Source of the DNA: Malacoraja senta
Taxonomy: Eukaryota
NCBI GenBank assembly: GCA_038087875.1
Contig: CM075996.1
Coordinates: 7,070,001-7,134,000, forward strand
DNA: 64,000 nucleotides
Direction: 5' to 3'
Made by a program: the position numbers and the translations under genes
Shown here: piece by piece, positions 13,330 to 24,860 of the stretch
How positions within the stretch are numbered: position 1 is the stretch's first letter
Layout of the letters: every line of letters begins with the position of its first letter
Notes under the pieces: generated by a model
Seen by the model: only the letters and a program-made list of their open reading frames with translations
Told to the model about the DNA's origin: nothing
The model's database searches: none

Positions 13330-13943
13330 TATAGGAGCAGGGAGGTTCTACTGCAGTTGTACAGGGTCTTGGTGAGACCACACCTGGAGTATTGCGTACA
13401 GTTTTGGTCTCCAAATCTGAGGAAGGACATTATAGCCATAGAGGGAGTGCAGAGAAGGTTCACCAGACTGATTCCTGGGATGTCAGGACTTTCATATGAA
13501 GAAAGACTGGATAGACTTGGCTTATACTCGCTAGAATTTAGAAGATTGAGAGGGGATCTTATAGAAACGTACAAAATTCTTATGGGGTTGGACAGGCTAG
13601 ATGCAGGAAGATTGTTCCCGATGTTGGGGAAGTCCAGGACAAGGGGTCACAGCTTAAGGATAAGGGGGAAATCCTTTAAGACCGAGATGAGGAAAAACTT
13701 TTTCACACAGAGAGTGGTGAATCTGTGGAACTCTCTGCCACAGAGGGTAGTTGAGGCCAGTTCATTGGCTATATTTAAGAGGGAGTTAGATGTGGCCCTT
13801 GTGGCTAAAGGGATCAGGGGGTATGGAGAGAAGGCAGGTACGGGATACTGAGTTGGATGATCAGCCATGATCACATTGAATGGCGGTGCAGGCTCGAAGG
13901 GCCGAATGGCCTACTCCTGCACCTATTTTCTATGTATCTATGT
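13330..13943 (+). mobile_element. CR1 (HER1-like) LINE 3' fragment inserted into a V-SINE; representative of many CR1 fragments
   Basis: ORF LVRPHLEYCVQFWSP...RLRGDLIETYKI...FFTQRVVNLWNSLP with a tctatgt tail. The SINE resumes at gtgatcgctgg. Confidence 0.9.
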
Positions 13944-14064
13944 GATCGCTGGTCGGCGCAGATTCGGTGGGCCGAAGGGCCTGTTTCCGCGCTGCATCTC
14001 TTATGTCTAACGTTCTCCTGCTGCAGGTTGAACTCCTTGCTCATTTTGCGTGTCCCTTCTACAG

Positions 14065-14176
14065 GAAGATGTTGGAGGTTTGCTGCTACATCGAAGGCAC
14101 CCTGGCAAAGGTCCGCGTTGACCACGAGCTACAGCTGGAGAAAGACGTCCTGGACCCGCTCTTTAAACTGTCTGAG
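14065..14176 (+). CDS. SH3BP1: Exon 5, BAR: KMLEVCCYIEGTLAKVRVDHELQLEKDVLDPLFKLSE
   Basis: ctacag acceptor, gtgagg donor, 112 nt, phase 2 to 0. Confidence 0.93.
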
Positions 14177-14399
14177 GTGAGGAATGTAAAACACTTGTGT
14201 CGGAAGGAACTGCAGAAGCTGGCTTGAACCGAAAGTAGACACAAAATGCTGGAGTAACTCAGCGGGTCAGACAACATCTCAGGAGAGCAGGAACGTAACA
14301 CACTTGCGGAAACTCAGTGAAGGCAATCTTAAATACCGAGGCTACCAGATAAGAGTCAAGACAGTCAAGAGGCGGCATGGTGGCGCAGAGGTAGAGTAA

Positions 14400-15046
14400 A
14401 GGGCCTGTCCCACTTGGCCGTCATTTACGTGACAGGCCGGTGGTGACTGGCGCGCGACGAACGCGCGCGTCATCATGTGTCCGCAAAGCCGTCTGGAGCG
14501 TGTGCCGTCATTTGAAGATAGTTACAAAATGCTGGAGTAACTCAGCAGGACCGGCAGCATCTCTGGAGAGAAGGAATGGATGATGTTTCGGGTCGAGACT
14601 CTTCTTCAGTCTGAAGAAGGGTCTTGACCCGAAACGTCACCCATTGCTTCTCTCCAGAGATGCTGCCGGACCCGCTGAGTTACTCCTGCATTTTGTGTCT
14701 ATCTCCAATTGTCTTGGCCTCTGGGAGTAGAAGTGGGGGCGGATCCGGATCCGCAACAGCCGTGAGCCCCAGGCCGAGCTCGCCGATCGTTTGCCTGCTT
14801 CTGCTGCTGTTGAAGGTGAGACGTTGCGCCGCGCCAGGGTCTTGGGCCTGTCCCACTTGGCTGTCATTTACGTGACAGGCCGGTGGCGCGCGAAGATTTC
14901 GGACAGAACAAAATCCTGGAGCGCTGCGCGATACCGCTCGCAACTCCACACTCCTCCACACCACTCTCTGCGCCCGTTCCGAGCTACCCGCACGCTACCC
15001 ACACGCTACCCACATGCTACCAGGTCGCGTAAGTGGGACAGGCCCT
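14400..15046. mobile_element. MITE with AGGGCCTGTCCCAC TIRs (PIF/Harbinger-like) containing a nested Penelope palindrome
   Basis: Inverted termini flanked by TAA and TTA. It interrupts a SINE head at ggtagag|ctgcctc and has a second left-end copy at about 14843. Confidence 0.7.
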
Positions 15047-15815
15047 TTACTGCCTCACGGCGACAGAGACCCGGGTTCGATCCTGACTATGGGTGCCTGT
15101 CTGTACAGAGTTTTTATGCTCTCCCTGTGACCACGTTGGGTGTTCTCGCACACTCCAAAGACATGCAAGGTTGTCGGTTCACTATCGAAGATAGACACAA
15201 AATGCTGGAGTAACTCTGGAGGGAAGGAATGCTTGACGTTTCGGGGCGAGACCCTTCTTTGTTTAGTTTAGAGATACAGCACAGAAACAGGCCCTTCAAC
15301 TCACTGTGTCCGTGCCGACCAGCGATGCCCGTACACTAACACTATCCTACACATACTAGGGACAATTAATCATCTTTACCGAATCCGATTAACAAACAAA
15401 CATTGGCTTCTGTAAAAATTGGGGGGAAAAGTCCCTAGTGGGTAGAATAGTACTAGTGTACGGGGTGATGGCTGGTCAGCACGGACTCGGTGGGCCGAAA
15501 GGCCGGTTTTCACACTATGTATCTAAAGACTAAAGTAAAGTATTTTATTGTCAAATGTCCCGAAATGGAACAATGAAATTCTTACTTGCAGCAGCACAAC
15601 AGATATGTAAACATAGTACTCAGTAAACACAATGATAAGCAACAATAAAACTTCTGTCTATATAAAAATACAAACATTCATAGTGCAAGGACAAAAATGA
15701 TCCCCCAAATTGATGTAGTTCAGAGGTTATTTGTAGGTTGTAGGTCAGAGGCTAGATCCTCTATGGTGGGTGACCCTAAAGCTTCCACTATCCTGTGCCT
15801 TTTCTACTCCTTTGT

Positions 15816-16569
15816 AGTTGAGTTGGGTTGGGTTGGGTTGGGTTGGGTAGGGCTGAGTTGAGTTGAGTTGAGTTGGGTTGAGTTGGGTTGGATTGGGTTG
15901 GGTTGGATTGGGTTGAGTTGTGCTGGGTTGAGTTGGGTTGAGTTGGGTTGAGTTGGGTTGGGTTGGGTTGAGTTGGGTTGTGTTGAGTTGTGTTGAGTTG
16001 GGTTGGATTAGGTTGGGTTGAGTTGAGTTGGGTTGAGTTGGGTTGAGTTGGTTTGAGTTGGGTTGGGTTGGCATGGGTTGTGTTGAGTTAGGTTGTGTTG
16101 AGTTAAGTTGGGTTGAGTGGGGTTGGGTTGAGTGGGGTTGGGTTGAGTGGGGTTGGGTTGAGTGGGGTTGGGTTGAGTGGGGTTGGGTTGAGTGGGGTTG
16201 GGTTGAGTGGGGTTGGGTTGAGTGGGGTTGGGTTGAGTGAGGTTGGGTTGAGTGGGGTTGGGTTGAGTGGGGTTGAGTTGAGTGGGGTTGGGTTGGGTTG
16301 AGTTGGGTTGGGTTGGGTTGAGTGGGGTTGGGTTGAGTGGGGTTGGGTTAAGTGGGGTTGAGTTGGGTTGAGTTAAGTTGGGTTGAGTTGGGTTGGGTGG
16401 TGTTGGGTTGGGTTAAGTGGGTTGAGTTGGGGTTGGGTTGGGTTGGGTCAGGTTGAGTTGGGTTGGGTTAAGTGGGGTTCAGTGGGGTTGAGTTGAGTTG
16501 GGTTAAGTTGGGTTGAGTTAAGTTGAGTTGGGTTGGGTTGAGTTGAGTTGAGTTGGGTTGTGTTGTGTT
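15816..16569. repeat. G-rich pentamer array (GGGTT/GAGTT)n with a 15-bp higher-order block
   Basis: Directly visible. Confidence 0.95.
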
Positions 16570-19241
16570 TATTCATATCATGAGCTACAGTGAATACCTT
16601 TTGTTGCCTGCTACCCACTCAAAGAAAAGACTATACATGATTTCAATCAGGCCGTCCACAATGCACAGATAAAGGTGTATAGGATCATGAGGGGAATAAA
16701 CAGGGTGAATGCACACAGACTTACCCAGAGTAGGGGCGGCACTGTGGCGCAGTGATAGGATTGCTGCCTTATAAGCGCTCACAGCACCAGAGACCCGGGT
16801 TCACTCCTGACTATGGGTGCTGTCTGTATGGAGTTTGTACGTTCTCCCGTGAGCACATCGGTTTTCTCCAAGATTTTCGGATTCCGCCCACACTCCAAAG
16901 ATGCACATGTTAGTAGGTTAATTGGCTTGGAATAAATGTAAATTGTCCCTGGTGCGTGATAGATAGTGTTAGTGTGCGGGGATCTCTGGTTGGTGCGCAT
17001 TTGGTGGGCCAAAGGGCCTATTACCGTGCTGTATCTTTAAACTAAACTAAACTAAATGAGGGGAATCAAGAACCAGAGGACATAGGTTTAAGGTGAGAGG
17101 GGAAATATTTAATAAGATCATGAAGGGCAACTTTTTCACACTAAGAGTGTTAGGTGTATGGACTGAGCTGCCAGAGGAGGTAGTTGAGGCAGGTACGACC
17201 ACAACATTTAAAAGACATTTGGACAGGTACATGGATAGGATAGGTTTAGAGGTACATGAGCCAAAATGCAGGCAGGTGGGACTAGTGTAAATCGGGCATG
17301 GTCGGCATGGGCAAGTTGGGCCAAAGAGTCTGTTTTCATGTTGTTTTACTCTATGGCGTGCAGGCAGAGGAGTTTAGTTTGACCTGACATCATGTTCAGC
17401 ATTGACATTATGGGCCGAAGGGTCTGTTCCTGTGCTCTATTGTTCTGTTTTCTATGGCCTCACCAACACTTTCTCAAGGGCAATTAACAATGGATAGTAA
17501 ATGCATGCAGCTCTGTAGGATCTTAGATGTTATGGATACAATATGGAGGCAGGTTCTTCTGCCCACTGAGTCCGTGTTGACCAGCATTCACCCCATGCAC
17601 TAACATTATGCTCCACACGGGGGACATTTTTTACCGAAGCCAATTAGCCAACAAACCTGTAACGCTTTGGAGTGTGGGAGGAAACCGGAGCACCTGGAGA
17701 AAACCCACGCGGGGCACAGGGAGAACGTCCAAACTCTGTACAGGCAGCACCCGTAGTTAGGATCGAAGCCGGATCTCTGGCGCTGTAAGACAGCAACGTA
17801 CGCCCGATGGTGGCATCATCTGGGGTGAATAACAGAAATTGATGTATCAGCGCACATTGAGCACTTGACCCGTGTAAGAGACCGGCGCAGAGTGGTGGAT
17901 GGTTGAGTGAGCAGTTGGTGGCCTGGCGGGTTCAGGCCCACAGCAGGCTGGTGTCTCTGCACGCACTCATGCCCTGGACCTGCTCTCACTCTTCCTGTTG
18001 TTAAAGCTGTCAGTTCCACTCTCTAGTCAAAGAAGGAAACGCAACGCTAGCATTTATTTCGAGAGGACTAGAATACAAAAACAGTGATGTCATGCTGATG
18101 CTCTGTAAGGCGCTGGTCAGGCCGCATTTGTAGTATTGTGAGTAGTTTTGGGCCCCGGATCTGAGGAAGGATGTGCTGCCGCTGGAGAGGGTCCAGAGGA
18201 GGTTTACGAGAGCGATCCCAGGAATGATTGGGTTAACACACATGATGAGCGTTTGACGGCACTGGGCCTGCACTCGCTGGAGTTTAGAAGGATGAGGGGG
18301 CGGAACCTCATTGAAACTTACCGACTAGTGAAAGGCCTGGATAGAGTGGATGTGGAGAGGATGTTTCCACTAGTGGGAGAGTCTAGGACTAGAGGGCACA
18401 GCCTCAGAATTAAAGGACATTCCTTTAGAAAGATGAGGAGGAATTTCTTTAGAGAGGGTGGTGAATCTGTGGGATTCATTGCCATAGAAGGCTGTGGTGC
18501 AAAGTCAATGGATATTTTAAGGCAGAGATAGATAGATTCTTCATTAGTACGGGTGTCAGGGGTTATGGGGAGAAGGCAGGAGAATGGGATTTGGAGGGAG
18601 AGATAGGTCAGCCATGATTGAATGGCGGAGTAGACTTGATGGGCCGAATGGTCTAATTCTGCTGCTATCACGTATGACCTTATGATCTGATGAGAACAGC
18701 AATGCTTGCCTGCCAATGCTGAGTGGAGTGTATGTTCTCCCTTCTCACCCTCAGCCCCACACACTGAAGGTCTGAAACACAGCAGGGGAGCTGACCATTG
18801 TGGGTGTGTGGTCAGGGTGCGGGTCAGGGCCAGCAGAGCACTGTAGGAGTGTCTGCTCCCTCACCGCAACCCAAGAAGCAAAAACCAACGACACATGGTT
18901 ACATTAACCCCACCCGCAACCCACAGCGGCGGCACGGTGGCACAGCGGCGGAGTTGCTGCCTAAAGGCTCTGTCTTACCTCTTTGCGGTCATCGGCGGTG
19001 AAGCGCGGCGTCGCCGGTAGCGAGGACCGCGCGGCAACGGCGAGAGCGTCGAGCCTATCCACCGGAGCGCCGCACGGATGCTGCGCGGGGGCCGAGTTAA
19101 TTCAAACACAGCGGGTCATAGGAGGAAGGCAGAGAGATTTAGCAATGGAAAATCCAAAAGTTTAGGGCCCCAGGCAGCTTAAATAATGACAGGATACCCA
19201 GGCATAGGCTGTGGCTGAGGCCATGTTTGGTTTAGGATTCA

Positions 19242-19461
19242 TAGCCCTGTCCCACGGTGCGAGTTCATTCCAAGAGTTCTCCCGAGTTTGCCCTGATTCG
19301 AACTCGACTCGTTAGCGAGTCTTCCAAGTACCTGCCGTCAGCGTTACGAGCCGCTAAGAGACGTCCCCGAGCTCCGACGTACCCGCTACGATCATTCCTC
19401 CGTGCTTACCACGAGTTTGATTTTTTTAAACTCGGGAGAGCACTTGAATGGGACAGGGCTT
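19242..19461. mobile_element. MITE with CCCTGTCCCA TIRs
   Basis: tagccctgtcccac ... tgggacagggctt; internal sequence shared with the copies at 46206 and 61161. Confidence 0.7.
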
Positions 19462-20864
19462 TAAGATTAACAAACTCATCAGGAAGGCTGGCTCCATCCT
19501 GGGGGTGGAGTTGGATTCATGGGAGGTGGTCTTGGAGGGGAGGATGCTCCTCAAACTGGGGAGCATCCTGGACAATCCAGCTCACCCCCTCCCATGACAC
19601 ACACTGGTCAACCTGAGGAGCACCTCAGCAACAGACTGGTTTCCACCAGATGCAGCACAGAACGCCACAGGAGATCCTTCTTCCCTGTGGCTATCAAACT
19701 GTACAACTCCTCCCCCCTTCTGTTGTGGGGTAGACTGAGACTGAGTCCCCCACCCCCATAAATCTTTGCACATCCCCAATCCTCGATTAATTTAATTTCA
19801 TGTTTCATTAATTTTGTGTTTTGTATATGTTGTGTTTTTATGACTGTTGGCAGATCAATTCCCTTCCTGGGATAAATGAAGTTCTATCGTATTGTTATTG
19901 ATGTAGAGTTCAGTTAGTAGACACTGACTCGGTTTCTAGAATCTAGGACTAAAGGGCACAGCCTCAGAATTAAAGGACATTCTTTTAGGAAGGAGATGAG
20001 GAGGAATTTCTTTAGTCAGAGGCTGGTGAATCTGTGGAATTCTTTGCCACAGTAAACCGGTGCAGGCCAAGTCAGTGGATATATTTAAGGCAGAGATAGA
20101 TAGATTCTTGATTAGTAGAGGTTATGGGAGAAGGCAGGAGAATGGGGTTAGGATGAAGAGATATGAAGATCCGCCATGATTGAATGGAGGAGTAGCCCTG
20201 ATGGGCCAAATGGCCTAATTCTACTCCTATCTCTTATGACTTGATGATCTATTGTAAACTAAACCAGCTTGGACGGCACTGTGGTAGAGTTGCTGCCTCA
20301 CAGCGCCAGAGACCCAGGTTCAATCCTGACCATGGATGCTGGCTGCACAGAGTTTGTATGTTCTCCCTGTTTTCTCCAGGTGTTCTGGTTCCTCCCGCAT
20401 CCCAAAGACATGCAGGTTTGTTAATAGGTTTAATTAATTGGCTTTGGTAAAGTCGTACAATTGTCCCTAGAATGTGGGATAGTGCTAGTGTACGGGGTGA
20501 CCGCTGATCGGCGTGGACTCGGTGAGCCGAAGGGCCAGTTTCCTCGCTGTATCTCTAAAGTCTTACTAGTGCTAATAGGTGAGCGATGGTCTGCGCGGGC
20601 TCGGTGGGCTGAAGGGCCCGTTTCCACGCTGTATCTCTAGGGGGTGGATGGGAAAAGTGGGATTACATAGAACTCGCATGATCAGCTGATCGATGGTCAG
20701 AAGATAGACACAAAATGCTGGAGTAACTCAGGCGGGACAGGCGGCATCTCTGGAGAGGAGGGAATGGGTGACGTTTCGGGGCGAGACCCTTAATCAGACC
20801 AATTAGGCAGGGTCACCCGCAAAGACTGAGACTCCACCTAACGTTGCTTTCTCTGTACAAACAG

Positions 20865-20941
20865 GAGGAGCTTCCCAATATTCTTAAACACAAGAAAAAA
20901 CTGGACAAGCTGACCCTGGACTGGACGTCCGCCAAAAATCG
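20865..20941 (+). CDS. SH3BP1: Exon 6, BAR: EELPNILKHKKKLDKLTLDWTSAKNR
   Basis: aacag acceptor, gtaagg donor, 77 nt. EELP.ILKHKK is SH3BP1-like. Confidence 0.93.
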
Positions 20942-22479
20942 GTAAGGTGGCAGTGTTCACCAGCTCGCAGGACGGTAGCCAACAGGGACCCAATGCTGCG
21001 GCACGGTGACGCCGCGGCAGAGTGGCTGCCTCCTCACAGCGTCAGAGACCCGGGTTCGATCCTGACCACGGGTGCTGTCCGTATATGGAGTTTGCACGTT
21101 CTCCCTGTGACCCGCGTGGGTTCTCTCCAGGTGCTCCGGTTTCCCCCCACACTCAATGGGCGTGCGGGTTTGTAGATTCATTGGCCTTTGTAAATGGTTA
21201 ATTGTCCTTCGTGTGTAGGATATTGCTGGTATCGCTGGTCGGAACGGACTCGGTGGCCGAATGGCCTGTTTCCACGCTGTATCTCTGAAACAACAAAAAA
21301 ACGGAATCAAGACTGAGGAACTCATTGTGATTGGAATATCTGTTCTTCTCCTATTGAAATGCACTACCTTCACAAGTTCACAAGTTATAGGATTAGGCCA
21401 TTCGCCCCAATCTAGTCTACTCCGCCATTCAATCATGGCTGATCTCTGCCTCCTAATCCTATTTTCCTCCCTTCTCCCCAGAACCCTTGACACCCGTTCT
21501 AATCAATAGCTTGTCTATCTCTGCCTTAAAAATATCCACTGACTTGGCCTCCACGCCAACTCTGTGGCAATGGGTTCCACAGATTAACTACCCTCTGACT
21601 AAAAAAAAGTTCCTCCTCACCTCCTTTCTAAAAGAACGGCCTTTAAATCTGAGGCTATGACCTCTGGTCCTGGACTCTCCCGCAGTGGAAACATCCTCTC
21701 CACATCCACTCTCTATCTATGCCTTTCACTATTCTGTAAGTTTCAATGAGGTCCCCCCCTCAACCTTCTAAACTCCAGCGCTTGCAACCACCTCGTAGTT
21801 TTTAGTTTGGAGATGCAGCATGGAAATAGGCCCTTCAGCCCACCGAGTCCACCATCAATCATCTCGTTCACACAAGTTCTATGTAATCCACTTTCTCATG
21901 CATTCTCCACACACTGGAGTAATTTTACAGCGGCCAGTTAATCTACACCCAAGACCACATTAATAAATCACTGCATCACAAAGTCACAGTGGTAACAGTG
22001 TTTGACAGCGCTGGGCCTGTACTCGCTGGAATTGAGAAGGATGATGGGGTAGATCTCATTGAAACTTACCGAATAGTGAAAGGCCTGGACAGAGTGGACG
22101 TGGAGAGGATGTTTCCACTGGCGAGAGAGTCTCGGACCAGAGGCCATAGCCTCAGAATTAAAGATGTTCCAATAAGAAGGAGATGAGGAGGAATTTCTTC
22201 AGTCAGAGGGTGGTGAATCTGTAGAATTCATTGACCACAGACGATTCTGGAGACCGTCAGTGGATATTTTTGAAGGCAGAGATCGGATATGGGGCCTAAA
22301 ACTAGATAGATTCTTGATCAGTGTGGGTGTCAGGGGTTGTGAGGAGAAGGCAGGAGAATGGGGTTGGGAGGGAGAGAGAGATCGGCCACGATTAAGTGGC
22401 GGAGCAGACTTGATGGGCCGAATGGCCTAATTCTGCTCCCATCACTTATGAATTTACCACCTAACACTTTCTTCCCCAG

Positions 22480-22597
22480 GCTGTGCCAAGCTACAAAGTC
22501 TGTCAACACAGGGGCCACCGCACCGTCTACCACAGCGAAGGTGGACCTTCTGAAAGACGAGGTGGACGACATCTGGAGAAAAGTTGAACTATCTAAG
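22480..22597 (+). CDS. SH3BP1: Exon 7, BAR: LCQATKSVNTGATAPSTTAKVDLLKDEVDDIWRKVELSK
   Basis: ccccag acceptor, gtactc donor, 118 nt, phase 2 to 0. Confidence 0.92.
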
Positions 22598-24791
22598 GTA
22601 CTCGCAACCCAATGTATGAACATTGAATTCCCCAATTTCAAGTAATACCACCTCTCTCTCTTTTCTGTGTTTCTCCCCACCCATTTCTCCCACATCCCAA
22701 CCCTCCCCCCCCCCCCCCCCCCATCACACCGCTCCTCCCTACACTCGAATCCCACCCCTACTTCCCTTTTATAAGTCACAGGAGCAGAATTAGGCCATCA
22801 AGTCTACTCCACCATTCAAACATGGCTGATCTATCTCTCCCTCTCAACACCATTCTCCTGCCTTCTCCCTATAACCCCTGACACCCGCACTAATCAAGAA
22901 CCTATCAATCTCCGCTTTACAATTACCCATTGACTTGGCCTCCACAGCCTTCTGTCGCAATGAATTCCACAGATTCACCACCCTCTGACATAAGAAATTC
23001 CTCCTCATCTCATTTCTAAAGGTACGTCCTTTTATTCTGAGGCTGTGCCCTCTGGTCCTAGTCTCTCCCACTGGTGGAAACATCCTCTCCACGTCCACTC
23101 TATCCAAGCCTTTCACTATTTGGTTAGGGTCCCCCCCCCCCTCATCCTTCTGAACTCCAGGGAGTACAGGCTCAGCGCCGTCAAACGCTCATCGTACGTT
23201 AACCCACTCATTCCTGGGATCATTCTCGTCAACCTCTTCAACGCCAGCACATCCTTCCTCGGATATGGGGCCTAAAACTGCTCACATGCCGTGTGGTTGA
23301 GAAAATGTAATTACCACAGAGTGAGATGTTTTAACACCATTTGTGACCTTCCCTTTCCTCAGAGCATTGACCGGACACTTTATTCCCCCTCTCTTCCCTG
23401 TGCCCCTCCTGGATCTGCCCCCATTTCTGCCCTCTCTCCTCCTCCCCCCACTTGCCCAGGCACCTCCACCTGTATTCCTCCCTCTGACGGTCCTTTAGAT
23501 AGAGATACAGCGCGGAATCAGGCCTTTCAGCCCACCGAGTCCGTGCCGACCTGCGATCACCCCCGTACACGAGCACCATCCTACACACTGGGGACAATTT
23601 ACAATTTTACTGAAGCCAATTAACCTACTGTAGATTGGCTATTTCATAGGGACTCGTACCACACACGGGCCGGGCAAGTTTGGAGGCCACCCGTTGGATA
23701 TGGTGATTTTGTGTAATTTTGTAAATGTATTATTAACATTCCACCTATATTCCTTAGCCACCAATGCTTCTTTGGCTATATTTAAGAGAGTTAGATGTGG
23801 CCCTTGTGGCTAAAGGATCAGAGGGTATGGAGAGAAGGCAGGTACAGGATACTGATTTTGGATGATCAGCCATGATCATATTGAATGGTGGTGCAGGCTC
23901 GAAGGGCCGAATGGCCTACTCCTGCACCTATTTTCTATGTTTCTATGTTTCTATGACTCCGCCTAGTCTGTGCTTCATATTATCAAGAGCTTGCTTACGC
24001 TAGTTAGTGTGAGTAGCAGCTCGGAGATGTGATGTCTGCAGATCCTTGACTGTAAGTAGGTTTAATAAACATGTGTTGTATCTTGACGTGTGTTCGAGTT
24101 GACACATCACACCTACAAACCTGTTCGTCTTTGGCGTGTGAGAAGAAACCGGGGGAAGCCCACGTGGTCACAGGGAGAATGTACAGAGCATGTTTTTAAT
24201 TTTAGTTTTGTTTCGAGATACAGCGCGGAAACAGGCCCAACCGAGTCCGCACCGACCAGCGATCCCCGCACATTAACACTACCCTACACGCACTGGGGAC
24301 AATTTACATTTACACCAAGCCAATTAACCTACAAACCTGTACGTCGTTGGAGTGTGGGAGGAAACCGAAGCTCTCGGAGAAAACCCACGTGGGTCACGGG
24401 AGAGAACGTACAAACTCCGTACAGGCGGCACCCGTAGTCAGGATCGAACCCGGGTCTCTGGCGCTGCACGCAACTCTACCGCTGCGCCACCATGCCTCTA
24501 TCTATCTCAAAACTTAAGTTGCATTTTGACAGCTGGGAAGAAACTGTCCCTGAATCTGGAAGTGTGTGTACTTGATGGGAGAGGGGAGAAGAGGGAGTGA
24601 CTGGGGATGATACTGGCCCTCGATGATGCTGCTGGCCTTGCCGAGGCAGCGTGAAGTGTAGATGGAGTCAACGGAAGTGAGGTTGGTTTGTGCGATGGTC
24701 TGGGCTGCATCCACGGCCAGTATCGTCAGAAATATGGATTGCTTGGTATCATGCAGAATACCTAACATCTCCTGTCTTTGCCTCGTCACAG

Positions 24792-24860
24792 GATGAATAC
24801 GCTGCCGACCTGTACCACTTCGCCAGCAAAGAGGAGGAGTATTCCAACTACTTTTACTTG
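24792..24860 (+). CDS. SH3BP1: Exon 8, BAR: DEYAADLYHFASKEEEYSNYFYL
   Basis: cacag acceptor, gtaagt donor, 69 nt. Confidence 0.94.

Noticed and set aside
15816..16569. Interstitial telomere
   Set aside because: The unit is the pentamer GGGTT/GAGTT, not TTAGGG.
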